Shown: positions 39,501 to 53,690 of the stretch, in pieces
Numbering within the stretch: the first letter of the stretch is position 1
How the letters are laid out: each line of letters begins with the position of its first letter
NCBI GenBank assembly: GCA_013265495.1
Contig: MU058844.1
Coordinates: 11,864,184 to 11,928,183 of the forward strand
DNA length: 64,000 nucleotides
Origin: Vicugna vicugna
Taxonomy: Eukaryota
Direction: 5' to 3'
Translations under genes and position numbers: made by a program
The notes under the pieces: generated by a model
The model's database searches: none
What the model saw: only the letters and a program-made list of their open reading frames with translations
What the model was told of the DNA's origin: nothing

Positions 39501-39739
39501 TACAGGCAAAATACACAACAGAAAGTAGCCCTCCACTAACAGAACAGTGGTGGAAGCTGTACGAGCGTGACCAATTTTCTTTCGACTGCTATTTTGCTAC
39601 TGTTATTATCAGCCTGCAATTGGGCAACAGCTTACCACTCTTTACTCATGGTTCCAAGAATATGTTCCTATAGTCTGACCTTAAGTATTAAGCTAATCTT
39701 GTGGGTCTGCATGGATTTCTAGTCTAAATTTTCAGTATC

Positions 39740-40330
39740 GGGCCTTCTTGCCCCCTGTTTCATCTTCCCATATAATTCCGTGGTCTCCCATCCACTTGAG
39801 AGTTCACTGCTGTCCCCTTTACTTTGGAATTTTACTTTCCTTTGTCCTCTGCTGTCAGTGACCAGCAGAAAGGTTACAAAGGCATCCTGACCGACTCAGA
39901 ATACACATGGAGCCACACCAAGACCTCACTGTGGCCCAGCAAGCCTTTGATTCCATCCTAAAAGACTCCAGATTGCATTCTCCTCCACACTTGACCCCAG
40001 ACTTTACCACTCTTATCCAAATTTCTCAGTTTTTTTTTTCTCCTCTTAATCCTCTCAACTCATTCAAGGAGTATTTACTTAGCAGATGACCCTGCTTCTA
40101 AATTTACAGAGAAGATTATAGACCCTGGAGATGACATCTTGATTTCTCCTTCCTTCCCACCTGATGATGTGGCTGGCTGGCTTCTACCTGCATCTGTTCA
40201 CTCAGCTTCACTTTCCAAGGCCCCTGGACTTATCTCCAGTCTTCTCACAGGCAATTTGTTCTGTCAATTGCTTTTTGCCCCTTTATCATTGTCTTTTTTC
40301 CTCTGACTCATTAACTGAGTCAAACACTTC
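39740..40330 (+). mobile_element. LINE-2 internal fragment
   Basis: tagcagatgaccctgcttctaaatttacagagaagatt typical of L2. Confidence 0.6.
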
Positions 40331-43300
40331 CACCTTTCACAAGAACCAGTGATTGCTGCCTGACTAAATGGTCCAAACTCCTACTGGGATAATAAGAAGA
40401 CAAGGGATAGCCTCAGTTTCATTCAGAGTGAATGATGGAATACCACTAACAAAATTTAGTTTTAGTCATTAACTCATTTGACAAAGTCTAATGACATTTA
40501 AATCAGCAAAAATTACTGCAACACTGATTTTTAAACAAAAGACAACACCTTAGTCCTAGATTGTTAATTAAAAAAAATAAAATAGAGAATTCCTTACCAC
40601 ACTAATTTAACACCTCACAGTCCAAAATGAGACACAGAGATATAATTAGTTCCATCTCTTGAAATGTAAATCTTATACAGAAAGATGAAGCTATGTAGTA
40701 TAAAAAAAATTTCCATGACCTATTTTAAAACCACTGCACTTTTAAGTTCATATCCTCCCCAAAAAGCCCAGTATGATTTTTCATTTTATGTAAAATATTT
40801 AAAATTTTAAAATATTATTATGTTGGTTTCCTCACACACCTTTTCCCAATTTTTTTTTTATTAATACACCATTAAAAACACTGAAAAAAAAATCACACTA
40901 GAATGTAAAGTATGGCAAAGAGGCTATCTGGAATCTTAGGAAGTTCTACATTCTACAATCTTCCTGAAATTAGACTGAGGACAAACAAGCAGTGTCCCAT
41001 ATATTGCTCCACTTACTAAACAGAGAAGCCCTTCCGTGATACATGAGATTTCCCCCTTAATCCTACAGCCCCTTGTATCAACTCAAAACTCAATCTCAAG
41101 TTTCTGTAATTGCTGCATCATGTGAGAGGTATATGCTTCATTTTATAACTATGGCATATCATATACATTGCCACCAGCAAAAGCAGTATGCTAAGATAAA
41201 TTCATTCAATCAGGATGGGTTTCATATACATGAAAATTGTACCAGCTGAATTAAGCGCACAACTGATTCAACAGTTAAAACTATAATATAGCTTGTAAAA
41301 CATCGAGGTCAAACTTGAAAAACATGTACATAGAAAGAAAACAAAGCAAAGAGCTAAAATTATGCCAGAAGAAAATTTTTATAGAGCTAGCAGAACATAT
41401 CCCTAATAGAAGATTTTTAGGTATACTGAGTGAGAAAACCAGAAAAATAAGCAAAAAGAGTCTCAATATTTATTGAAGAATGAATGGTAATTATGAAAGA
41501 AAACTTGGTGAAGCTGTATATGAAGGTTACAAACTATTTGAATGCATACTCTAAATGACTGAGTAATAAATTTTAAGAGATCCTGAATAAGGAAGTCGGA
41601 GCATAGAGTACTAGCAGGGAGAAAAAAAGAGTCAAATAAAGTTGTCTAATTATAGTACATATGGTAAAAAGAAGATCCCAAAAGCAACACAAAAATTAAA
41701 AGTCCGTATTTATAGAATGCACATATATAATGTAAAAATAGCTTGTAGCAACAACATAAGTCCCAAACCTCAGATTATCATGTTAATATAAAATAATGAA
41801 AAGTAATGGCTAAATTCACGTGGACAAATTTTTTTAAAAAGTGCTAAGTGTATCATACTTCATAAGGATTTTGGTTTTTTTCTATTTCTCCTTTTAATTC
41901 TCATAGTTCTTTTTTTTCTCTCTTACTACCTTTGCCAATTAAATTGTGCTCTTATTTCTAAAATCAACAAATATTAGTTCCACTATTTATACCCAGTGGG
42001 AAATGACATTTCAAGAAATACTTTCCCAGTAAATTATTATTATTTTTTATATTGGACTCTCTTAATCTGATAACAGACAAATCTACCTGGCAAACTTCTG
42101 TTGATCTGAAAGGTTAATGGCCAGAAGGTTGCTCAGGAGTCCGCCTACTTTTCTCCCAAGTAGCAGTCCTCAAACATCACATCCCTGGCATAGGATCACT
42201 CAGGTTCTGCTGAAGTAGTCGCAGTATTTGGGAATTCACTTCTTTGCATACCACTTCAGACCACAAGTGCATGGTCTTGATAGGAAATGATGCTTCTCTT
42301 CCAGGAGCCATAATTCATCTCCCAGGATTAGTATTATTCACCCATTTCTTCTTCTTCTGCCTTCTTGGAGCCTACCAGCAAGCCTTCTCCTTTCCAGGGT
42401 AATCACAGCAGCTCATCCACATTGGAAACCATGAAAGACCTCTTACCTTTCCACTTATCCTTTTAAAAAATGGCCCCCAAGAGATGGATTCAGTACTCCA
42501 GATGTGATCTTAACCACAGAATGGGATTTAACAATAGAGTACCATGGTGAAATACTCTCTTTAACTGGAAATACACTTTGATTAATTTATGATGAGTCTA
42601 TTCTCAGTCTGATTCTGTTTTTTTTCCAAACTGAACTATTGAACATACTATTTCAAAATTAATTTGTAAAAGAATAACTCCCTCCTCCCCCCATATACAT
42701 CACAAATTTTCCCAAGGATTTGTGTGTGTGTGTGCAAAATCAGGTTTCCTCTAACCAATAACCTATGTTTTTTAACTTCTGTAATGACCTTTTCTCTGTT
42801 ACATATCATCCTATCACTTTCTAGATGTTTATTTTCACAGTTTTTTAAGCATTCTGTGTACCAGTTTTCTACATATTAGAAGTATCACCTTAAATATTTC
42901 CTTAAAGAGGAAAATGTTCAATGAAGCTTGTTTAAGCTTTAAATTGAGCACTATATTGTTAGTTTTCTTATGTCTACATAGGAATAGTAATTACATTGCA
43001 ACAGTTTTAATAAAACCTGTAAAATCTACCAAGTTTAGGAATTGAAAAATAATTGGTATGTAATAAATGGTAATTATCAGTTCCCAATCCAAGAACTGAG
43101 AATCAAGTGGCATCTTTTTTTTGTCTTCACTGTATAACTAAAAGAATAGACAATGTGAAATAATTAATAAGTTAGCATAAAATTAATTGAAAAAATTTAA
43201 ACTTTGTAATTTTCTTTTAAGGCATTGATGACATTCTTCTAATTCTTACAAATGACTGTTAAACAGATTTTGCACTTCATATTAAAATTTGATTTAAACA

Positions 43301-43917
43301 ATTCAAATGTATAATGGAAAAGGTCAATGTGTGATTCATTATAAAACACTAGGACATTTGTCTTTTAGATTTAAATCTTTAAAGCTCCAGAACCATAGCC
43401 ACTCTCTACTTATAAGAGACAATTACTCATGTGGATTTGAATTTTCCATCATCTGACATTATTCCAGTTTATTATTACTATAATTTTCTGGGATCTGAAA
43501 GGTTGAGTAGAATAGTTGAGGTTAAAATAAAATCTGTTTACTTCTCATAAGCTTATTTTCATATCATTTTAAAACTTGCTGCTAAAGGAACAATTATGCT
43601 TTGGGTGGATTTGGTTTAAATCAGTCAGATACAATTTTCACTACTAGTTAGGAACACACAATTTAATCAGTTTTTCTAATAAGAACTATTTTATTTTGAT
43701 CTGGTATGACCTCCTTGGTCAATGTTCAGTCAGACAATGAATGTCGATTTTTCCCTAAACGTTACATGTAACATCATGCTAAATGCTAGACATATACAGA
43801 GGTAACAGAATAGTATAAAACCTTATTCTCTGCATGAAAAAAGATACTAAGTAAAGATATGGGACGTACAAATAAAAGAAATATGTAATGCCATTATTTT
43901 AAGAAAATAAATTTAAA

Positions 43918-44152
43918 AATAGCTAACATTTATATGCTATTTAAGATGTGCCACACACTTATTTAGATGACTCCCTTTAGTCCTAGTCATAACAACCCTA
44001 TGAGATAGGTACTTTTACCCAGATCTAACTAATGAGGAAACGGAAATACAGAGGCCAACCACTTGCCTCTCATCACACAGTTGGTTAGTGCTGGAGTCAG
44101 GATTTAAACCTAAATCCAGTTCCAGAACCCACAATCTTAACTGCTCTGCTAC
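43918..44152 (-). mobile_element. MIR SINE, near full length
   Basis: aatagctaacattta...aacaaccctatgagataggtact...atgaggaaacggaaa...gtcaggatttaaacc. Confidence 0.9.
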
Positions 44153-44179
44153 TCTGCTTCTAATTACACCTTTCTCCCC

Positions 44180-44300
44180 CAAGCTATTTATTGAGGTATG
44201 ATTTACACCTAGGAAATGCATAAATCTAAAGTACAGAGCTCGGTAAACTTCAGCAAATGTAGAGGCCTGTGTAGTCACCACCCAAATCAAGATATGAGTA
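44180..44300 (-). mobile_element. Old LINE-1 3' end fragment (L1MC/ME-like)
   Basis: tttattgaggtatgatttacac...tgtgtagtcaccacccaaatcaagatat. Confidence 0.75.
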
Positions 44301-44419
44301 CATGTGCTTGTGTGTGTGTGTGCACTTGCTTACTTCTGGGCCAAGCTTCCATTCATTATACTTTGCTTAACTTATTTAGTGAAGTTTATAAAGTTTTGGG
44401 GGAAAGGGAGGTGTCATTA

Positions 44420-44590
44420 GGAAGTAATGATAACAAATACTTACTGAGTACTCACTAAGCGGCCACCACTACACTCGATGTTTTACTTCTAATACCTTCT
44501 CTAAGCCTCCTCACTGCCCCATGGGGAAGACAGCACTTGTCCCCATTTTACAGATCAGGAACTGAAGTGCAGACGGGTTGAGGAGAAGCA
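44420..44590 (-). mobile_element. MIR SINE fragment
   Basis: ccccattttacagatcaggaactgaag. Confidence 0.75.
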
Positions 44591-45344
44591 GTACCACATG
44601 GCATTTTCTCTCTACTAACTGATCAATTGAAAAGGTAAAGCAGTAAAGAGAGACGACAAAGCAGACGGATGTTAGGAGAGCTTTTAAAAGACCGAGAAAA
44701 CATTCTGTATTTCACATTTAAATCTGATTTGCCATCAGAATCCAATTAGACATGGACCAGACTGCATATCTTAAGATACTCATTAAGGAACAAACAGAAA
44801 GAGGCTAAAGTTAAAGTTAACATCCAAGAACCTGAGGGAGAAGAGTGAGTTGGAACCAGGAAACATTCTTAAAGGATGCTCAAAGTAAGAAGCATGGGGT
44901 GGGATGTCCAGGGAAGAAAAGAGAGGAGCAAGCAAGGAAAAAGCTAGTGAAATTTACTGTTACCAAAAAAGGAACCAGAAAAACACAGGAAAGCATGTTT
45001 GAAAGTCTCTAGAATATGATCAGATTCAGTGACCAAATCAATGTGAAAAACTAGAAACACTTGTACCTCTAAAAAAACAGTGGCTGCTGAATTCTTATAA
45101 TGACAAAAGGTATACTAGAAGGTGAAGAATCCTATAAATAGTTATGAGCCATCACAGAGACCATCTACATAAAGTTATCATTAAATTTGTGACAGTAGCT
45201 AATATGCTATGGTTGTCTCTGTCACCTGTAGCTGACCTTACAGGTATTACCCGTAGGTGTCACATTATCAGGTCTCGTTTTGTTCATCTGACTTTTGTTT
45301 CCCCAGGATGGAATGCGTACCCCTCTTACCTTTTCACTTTCCTT

Positions 45345-45570
45345 TAGTGGTTCTTATTCCTGGGAGTACATCAGAATCTCCAGGAGAGCTTTTAAAGCAG
45401 TATCAATGCCCACATCCCCTGGGAGAGGACAGCATATAAAAGAAGTACCTGGGAGTTTTGTCAAAGTACACATGCTTCCTTCTCTACCCCTGTGTTGTTG
45501 GGAGGCAGGGCAGAGTATTAGAATAAAGAATTTGCAAACGACCCCTGGTGGATTCTCATGTACTTCCCTC
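45345..45570. mobile_element. MER5-like hAT-Charlie element
   Basis: tagtggttctt...acatcagaatctccaggagagcttttaaa...aaacgacccctggtggattctcatg. Confidence 0.65.
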
Positions 45571-45589
45571 TTCTTTAGGAAAGACTGTT

Positions 45590-46140
45590 CCATGCATTCC
45601 ATGGGGGAGCTCAGTCTCTCCTAAGGCTTCAAAAACCATCTGTAGGCTCCTAACTCCTAAATTTCTTCTCCAGTCTAGATATCTGTTCTAAATCCACATA
45701 CCATGTGACCAGTACATATTTCTACCTGTATATCCAAAGAAACATCAAGGTCAACAGATCATTTAGAAAGAAGTTTCTTCTACCTCCCTCACTGGAGTGA
45801 ATGGTGACACACAGAATCATACTCAATGTCTCCTTCCCCCCGTATCTTTATTTCTTCACCCTCTGCCAGGGTTAAAAGGAGGCCAAAAGAAACTTCAGGA
45901 AAAATAAATAAATAAAAGTAGCATAATTTTATGTTCAAATCACTTCTTATCTCAGTACTACTGCACTACTTTTGAACTGGCCTCATTAATACTAGTCTTG
46001 TTCTTCCTAAATCTGTCCTCCACAGTGATGCCCATGTGGCCTACCTAAAAGTTTTACTCATTTATCTAAATCTATGAAATGGGTTCACTCACCCTCTTGG
46101 GCAAAACCCAAAATTCTTGTAGTGACCGACAAAGCCCCCT
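45590..46140 (+). mobile_element. LINE-2 fragment
   Basis: taactcctaaatttcttctccagtctagatatctg..., ctaaatctgtcctccacagtg. Confidence 0.65.
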
Positions 46141-46184
46141 GAAAGCCAGAAGAATACATCTTAAATTCAGTCTCTTTACAACAG

Positions 46185-46265
46185 TGTGACACTGGTGGCC
46201 CCCAATGAACCACAGATTCCAGTATTCATGCCTTTCTTGTCATCTCTCCCAGTGAATCTGTTTTG
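46185..46265 (+). mobile_element. MLT1 (MaLR) LTR 5' fragment
   Basis: ggtggcccccaatgaaccac...agtattcatgcc...ctcccagtgaatctg. Confidence 0.6.
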
Positions 46266-47905
46266 GGATAGCAGATGGGAAGTGAAGACATCAGAAGAAT
46301 TCAGGCATACCAATTAAACCTATGAATGATGGTGCTAAAACATGTTCTATTGTGATTTTGTTATCTCTTTTTAAAGGCTTTGTTTTATTTTTAAGCTTAT
46401 GTAGTGGTATAGACACTCATTTATTGCACCTGGCACTTCATTTTATGAAAGGCTGTGTGGGGAGTTATAACAGCAGATTCAAGTGATAGGTATCTCATCA
46501 CATTTTAAAGTAAAATCTCATAAAAGTAAATAATGTGTCTTTTCAAAATTAAAATATATGTTTCTTCTGCGTATAAAGATAAAATGATGTCTAAGAATGT
46601 CTAACAGTACAAAAAATTAAAGGAATATTGGGAAATTTAAAGAAGAAAAATAATCACCATAAATAGCAAGAAAGTCCTTAATCAAGCTAAGAAAAAGAAT
46701 GGGCTCCTGCCAGGGTGCATCTTCTGTTTACAGGAGGGGCTTAACAAGTTTTCCCTCTTATCTTTAACATCATTCAAATTCAGCTAAACACTTACAAGCT
46801 CCTACTGTGAACAGCGACTTGCACTTTCCTTCATGTTCATTCACTTACTGTTAATATTTCTGCACATATTCACTTGTATTGAAATGAAAATCCTATTTAA
46901 GAATAATTAAATTAAGTGTTTATATTCAAAGGTAAATATCATCTTCTAGCACTCTCTTATTAAACTATTATCAACAGTGTTCAGCATACTCATTTTCAAT
47001 ATGAATCTTCTAAGACACTAAAAGACTCTGTCAACATCTATGTAATTTCTCATTTTTGGTCTTTAAAATATCTTCATTGCCCTGTGGTGTCTAAATCTTT
47101 GAAATGGTGTGAATAATATCATGTTTTTGATATCTGCGCAAAAGAAAGCTTATAATATCATTCAAGAGCACATACACAGTGTACTCACTGACATTTGTAT
47201 GTCAATTTACATATTATTAGCTTTTTCAGAGAGAAAATTGATTCAACTTTGTCTTCTCCTTGGTAAAATGAGTTATATCTGACTGTTCTTGTAAAACATC
47301 AAGGCTACGGGAGGGGTGGGGGACACCAGATTTTCAAAGGTAAATGAAGGAAGTAACCTTAAGAAGGCCTTCAGTAGTAGTTCTGTTGTTTTTGCCTCCT
47401 AATGTTTTCTTTTACTTAAAGGAACCATCAAGGTTGACACATTAGGCGGTACTGCCTAGTAGAAAGTATTTTTAATAGTAATTTGCTGGAGACATGGCTT
47501 TGGGTTGTGCAGTGTCCCTGGAACTGACTGTTTAAAATCCCAGATAGGCTGACTCATCCCTTCCACTTTGGGACGTTAAAAAAAAAAAAAAGAGGCACAT
47601 CTTACAATTTACTGCATGCAGATCTTTGAGGCCAGGTTGTAGATCATCTGCTCAGACTGCAAAATGATATCCAAATACGCAAATCAAAAACCTCAAATTT
47701 AGCTGCTGTGACTCTGACGTCTATAAAGGTCATCAGCCAATGATTCAAAGCCCAGTTTCCTTTTATACCAGGTTATTTCTCATGTATATACCAAGCCATC
47801 AGCAAGATTTTCCTTAAAGACTATCATGTTGCTAGCAGACACATGGAATCTAAGGAAGGAGGAGGACAAATGAACATGGTCCGTGAGTCCAAGATAAAAA
47901 TGAAT

Positions 47906-48709
47906 TGTGATATTGTGATTTATAAGAAATATATATTTGGTCATTTGGTTTATTTGGTCTTTGTCCACAGTTCCTGGTTCACAGCTCCCAAAACCTTTGC
48001 AATCATCCAGGTATGAAGAGTGATATGTTGATGTGGTAACTTTTGGAAATCACCTAAGGATGAGGCTGGTTGCCAATGGAGCCAACCATGTGCTTAGACT
48101 GTTGGTACTTTGAGTCCCACCTCCTGACCTCTGGAGAGAGGAGAGAAGCTGGAGGTTGGGTTAGTCACCAATGGCCAATGATTTAATCAACCATGCCTGT
48201 ATAATGAAGCCTCCATAAAAGCCAAAAGGATGAACTTCAGAGAGCTCCTGGGTTGGTGAACACTGCAGAGATGGGTGAGAGTGGAACACTTAGAGAAGGC
48301 ACAGAAGTGCTTTGCCCTTTTCCCATACCTCACCCTTTGCCTTTCATCTGGCTGCTCCTGAGTTACATCCTTTTGTACTGAAGTGGTGATCCACTAAATG
48401 AAATGTTTCTCTGAGCTCTATGAGCTGCTCTAGCAAGTGAATTAAACCCAAGAAGGAGGTTGTGGGAACCTCTGATTTCTAGCCAGTTGCTCAGAAGTAC
48501 AGATAACAAACTGGGCTGGCAGGTGGTGTCTGAAGAGAGGGTGTAGTCTTTTAGGACTGAATTCTTAAACCTGTGGAATCTGAGGTTATCTTTGGCTAAA
48601 TAGTGTCAAAATTGAACTGAATTCATGGACACCCTGCTGATGTCTGAGAATTGTTTGTTAGAGTTAAAGGGAATCCCTACACACACATTGGAATTGAGTC
48701 TCAGAAGCA
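47906..48709 (+). mobile_element. Solo LTR, MER21 family
   Basis: Starts tgtgatattgtgatttataag; ggctggttgccaatggagccaaccatgtg, caccaatggccaatgatttaatcaaccatgcc, atagtgtcaaaattgaactgaatt. Confidence 0.9.
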
Positions 48710-48809
48710 ATTTAAGTATGCAAATAAAAAAGACAAGTAACAATAGGAATTCAAAGGAAAAATGACTGCTTTGTGGAAGATAGGATAGAATGTAAAAAAG
48801 TAGAGTCTA

Positions 48810-50345
48810 TCAAATTGACAGGTTGCTCAATTTTCTCCACCAAGATCTATCTTTCATCCTTACAGCATTAGTGAACAAAGATATCTGGACCATTATCCAA
48901 ATCAAATGGCCCCCTTCTGTACTCTGGATGCGATCTCTTCCCATTAAAATGTTCCTCCACAATTCCTTCTTTGCTCAGAATTTTCAAATTCATCTCCCTT
49001 TTATGATTCTTTCCCTTGAGTCTCTCTTATCTTAAAACAAAACAAAACAAAACAAAACAAAACAAAACAAAACAAAACAAAAACAAAAAACTCTCTTGAT
49101 GCTATTTTTTCCCTCACCTTAACTCCAAGATTTAGAAAATCCTAGTCTGCACAAATGGGATGTACTTCCTCGCCTCTCTTTTTTTTATAAACTGAAAACA
49201 AGCTCTTAACCCAACTACTTCACAGAATCTAGTCTAAACCAAGTCAACAATGGTCTGCTAAGTGCCAAAAGGTTCAGTGGCCTTTTAGTAAAATTTGATC
49301 ACTCCCTGAAATTCTACTCACTACTCTCCAACTTTCATGAAACCATTATTTGTTGGTTTCCCTCAAAACTTGGCTCCTCTTCAATCTCCTCTGTGGTCTT
49401 GGTTTCTAGCTACCATTTAAATGTGACTTTTCCCCCAAAATTATAACCATATTCTTCTTTACCATTTGGTTTGTATTTGTCAAATGATCCCAGATGAAGA
49501 TTTGGAACTTTGCTATATGTCCCTGGGATGGTTACAACCATGTCCAATATGTGCAGGTGATTTATACAGGTGAAACACAGACTGAAATATACAAGCCACA
49601 CATATTCATCCATTCATTCGTTCATATTCATTTTCCCTTCCCTACCTTCCTTCCCCTGCATCAGTCACTCACACACATACACTTTAAAGCAACCAACCAC
49701 TGCATATTTCCATCTGGAAGCTTCCCAGGTAACCCAGAGTTGCTGTATCTCAAACTGAACACATATATTCCTTATCTCCCCAATGCTCTTCTTTCCGGCT
49801 TTCTTCTACAGATGTATGGTACTTCATCTACCTCATCACCCAAGGCAAAAAGGAAGGAATCATACCCTTCATCACCTCTTCCAATCTTTCACTAAGTCTG
49901 ATTTAATGTACTTCCTTAATGCCTTTCCTATCTGTCCCGTCTTCTCTGTGCCTACTGGCACTTTTTGCCTCAATCAATGTCAGTCTCTTAAATGTTCTCA
50001 TGGCTCCATGCCCTTTGCAGACATTGCCAACAATCTTCTTCTGTAATGTCAGAGGGCTCTTTCTAAGACAAATCCAATGACATTATTGTCTTACTTAAAA
50101 TACTTCAGTGGTTCCTTTTTTAGCTATCAGGCTAAAGCCCAAAGGTCTTCAATATGACAAGACTTCCTGAACTAGTTTTGCTGATGTCTACGGACTCTCT
50201 TCACCAGTTCCTCACATGCCCCCTTTATATCTTCATTACACGTCATATGCTCCAGCTCTGCTAAATTACTCCCAATTCTCCAAATGCACTCTGTTCTTTC
50301 AACCTCAACACCCTGTGCACTTGCTATCCCTCTGTCTACAAGGCA
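48810..50345 (+). mobile_element. LINE-2, long degenerate fragment
   Basis: Collinear L2 motifs including cttacttaaaatacttcagtggttcc and gctaaagcccaaaggtctt. Confidence 0.75.
49034..49090. repeat. (AAAAC)9 pentanucleotide repeat plus A-rich tail, inside L2
   Basis: Direct read. Confidence 0.95.
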
Positions 50346-50364
50346 GTTATAGCTGACATAGGAT

Positions 50365-50560
50365 AATGATGAACCACCTGGATCAGGAGTCAGGCTCCTT
50401 AGATTTAAGTATCAGCTCCCTCAGTCACTAGCTTGGTGACCATTTGTCAATTAAACTCTGTGTTCCTCATATTTCTTTTTTTGTAAAAATGAGATGAAAA
50501 CGACTTTACCTCGTTGAGTTGTGGTGAAGATTAGGTGAGACAATCCATAGGAAGCAACAA
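50365..50560 (+). mobile_element. MIR SINE
   Basis: cactagcttggtgacc...tgtaaaaatgagatg...gttgtggtgaagattaggtgagac. Confidence 0.8.
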
Positions 50561-51299
50561 AAATAGGGCAGCAATAATCTCTCAGTGTGTCACCAGTAAT
50601 CACCAAATATACGTGTAGTGAGTATCTATAGGAAGGACTGAATTCTATCTAGTTTGAGGAGTACTTCACAAAAATAATCAAGTGACTTAGACGCGATGTT
50701 GAGGTTCTGTAGCATGGGACCACTCACTGTGGAGGCACCTTCAGAAACAATGAGAAGAGCCTCTCATCAAATCCCTCTCTGTAGACAAAGTTCTCTCTCT
50801 CAGGCAAATTCTCCAGTTCAGTTAATACCCAACTCCCTTCCTAAATCCCTCCTCATCTGTCCTTCATTCCATTTCAACGCCATAATTTTTTCTGGAAATT
50901 CTCATCAAAGTATACAGCTCTACTTCACGTCCCCCGCACGTGGGCTGCAAAATAGGTTATTAAATTAGGGGAGGGGATAAGAAGGCACTAGAAATCCCTG
51001 GTGGGAGAGAATATAAACTTGCAGTGACCCCAATCCTTCTTAGTGGTCCCAATACAAACTTTACTATTTTGGATGATTTAATTCTAAGTTCTTTTTTTTT
51101 TTAACCGTTATTTTCAAACCTTCCTCTCTATTTCATTCTCTGTATTCTATAAACCGACTCAAACCTCTCCCATGCTACAACCATCCTTTGCCTCAATGCT
51201 AAATGCAGCAATAGCTCCTCACTTCCCTTTCTTCTGCCCCTCTTAGCTTAATTCTAACTACAGTTGTGCTATGTTTGCAGTCTCTTCCTCAAACACTCC

Positions 51300-53690
51300 C
51301 CCTTTAATTTTTAACTAATACAATACAAATATAACTTTATATTCAAAATGTTACATGCAAACTTTTTTAAAAAGTTAAATAATACTGGAAAGCTTTTAAT
51401 AAGAGCAGCAGTCCTCTAGATCAATATGGAGTTCAATTCTTTGAAAGGCAATTTTTTTAACTTTTATTTAATTCTTCTTGAATGTATCTCAGATGTACAC
51501 AAATTATCTGTGCTGTTGCCTATTATTTCAAAGTTTAACAATTTATTGAATTCCTACATGCAAGACAAAGAATATTCTCTGTCCTATGAGCTTAATCCTT
51601 AATGAGCTTTCTTTTCTCTAATCACAATTTGTATAGAAATCAATATTCAGTGTTTATATCACAATAACTAAGTAAATTTGTGTATTGCTGGCTATGTTTC
51701 ACATCATAAAATCATTTACTTTATACAACTTTTTGTTTTTCTTCGAATTAACTGCATTTTTTTTTAATCTACAGAGTTTTCTACGTTCCTGCCACAAAAT
51801 TCTTCTATAAATCTCTATGGAAGAGCATGTAGGTTAATCCATCCATCATCTTAACTTTTTCTTTCCTCTGAGAGACCTCCCTTATACTCTACCAGTCAGC
51901 ACTGGTTGCACATGGTCTGGCATACAGGTGTTACCCCTGCCTTCAATTTCATTTTTCTGGTAATTACCTTCACCGCTTTTCTGGGTTAGATCCCCATATT
52001 CCTGAACCTCACGTTACCTTCATTCATTCTTGATTTATTCCCTTGATTTCAAGGATCATAAGTGATGTGAGTGGTAAAATTTCAATGCCATATATTTTCT
52101 CAAATATTTTCTTTTATTTGTAATCCTCATATTATTCTGACATTAGCTGAATATCAAATTCTAGGTTGGTAATCATTTCCCTTCCAAGTACTGCAGGAAT
52201 TGCTCCATTTTTTCCCTAGCTTCTAGCACTCCTTTCCAGAATAATCTTCATTTTTGAAGATTACCTTCCTTCTAAAAAGCTTTTTCTCTTTCTCCTGATT
52301 GTTCAAAATGTCCTCATGATGCGCCTTTCTTTTCTTTAAAAAAAAAATCACTATACCATCTAATTCAATGGGTATTTTCAATCTGGAACCTCAATAATTC
52401 AAGTCAGATTAGTTTTGTACTCTTTCATTCCTAATTTTTTTCATTTGTATCTTCTCAATTGTGTCTTATTGGAATTCACCATCATAGGATTTGATTTTAT
52501 TCACTGCAATACCCCCAGCATCTAGAACAACAGACAACACGTAACAGCACTCAGTAAAAACTGACTGAACGTATTCATCAGGACTCTAGACTTCTTGGCT
52601 CACTTTCCTTATCTTTTCTTTCCTTATTATGCTTCCCCTATGTCTTTTTTTTTTTTTAGCAGATACTAAGTATCTTCCTCATTTATTATTATTTTTTTAA
52701 TTTCTAGGAATCGTACTTTTTCATTTCTAAAAATCTTCTTTGTTCACTAAACCTTTTTAAAAAAAACTCCTATTCTTCTTTCATGCATCTTCTACTTTCT
52801 CTGAGCTTATCAATTATTGCTCTTTATGTTTCCTTTTGCTACGTATGCTGTAAATGTTTTCATTTCTTTTGAGCTATTTTCCTGACCTTTTTTCCCATGT
52901 TTTTTGTCTTGCATTAAAGGAATGTATCAAATGTCCTGGAATCCTTGGCAGTCTATATGTTAAAGTGAGGCATATCAAGTAGATTAGAAGGCTCGTGTGA
53001 ATGGTTAGAGTTTATCAGTTCATGGGTCTCATAGTAGAGTGAGTAGGTAGCGTTTGTATGTTTCAGCAAAGCGTCACGTGTCACTATCTAGAAATCCCTT
53101 CTACTCCCCACTCCCCTTTCTTGAAGAAGAAATCTAGCACTCTCCTCCCTAGGGAGTTAAAGTTTGGATGTGGCATCCTGTAATAGGAAGGATTGCATGG
53201 TTTCTCTCCTTAGTATCTACACTGTCAATTAATGATCTTGTTTTCAGGCTCTCCATTGTGTCAGAAACTATCGTATCAGACACACTACTGTATCTGGTTC
53301 TATTCCAGAGGGAGTGAACCTCGCCTTATCTCAGGATTGAGTAGGAATTGTCACTTGGTTGTGGAGGCAATCTGGGAAATTAAAATAGCTCATTCAGAAT
53401 TTCAGCTATCATCCATTCCCCTTTTCAGTGATTCTTGTCACCTCCGATGGCTAAGCCACTCCAGGGTCCAAAGGGAAAACTCCATCTCTCATGGCCTCTT
53501 CCCTCTTCAGCATTCTGTACTCTGGTGACGGTGTTTCCTTTGCACTTTGCTCTACGACACGCCATCGAGCTTACTCATGTCCTCACCTATCTCCTTTCCT
53601 GGTAGGTTTTTATTCTTTGCTAACTTTTTGGTGAGATTTGAGAGGGAGAAAGAATAAACACATGAACTCAATCTTCCATGCTTAAGAAGA
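51300..53690 (-). mobile_element. Ancient L1-related element (HAL1/L1ME-like), antisense, degenerate
   Basis: T-rich strand with ttagctgaatatcaaattctaggttggtaatcatttccc...attgctccat...agcttctag, an antisense ORF1-region motif. Confidence 0.65.
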
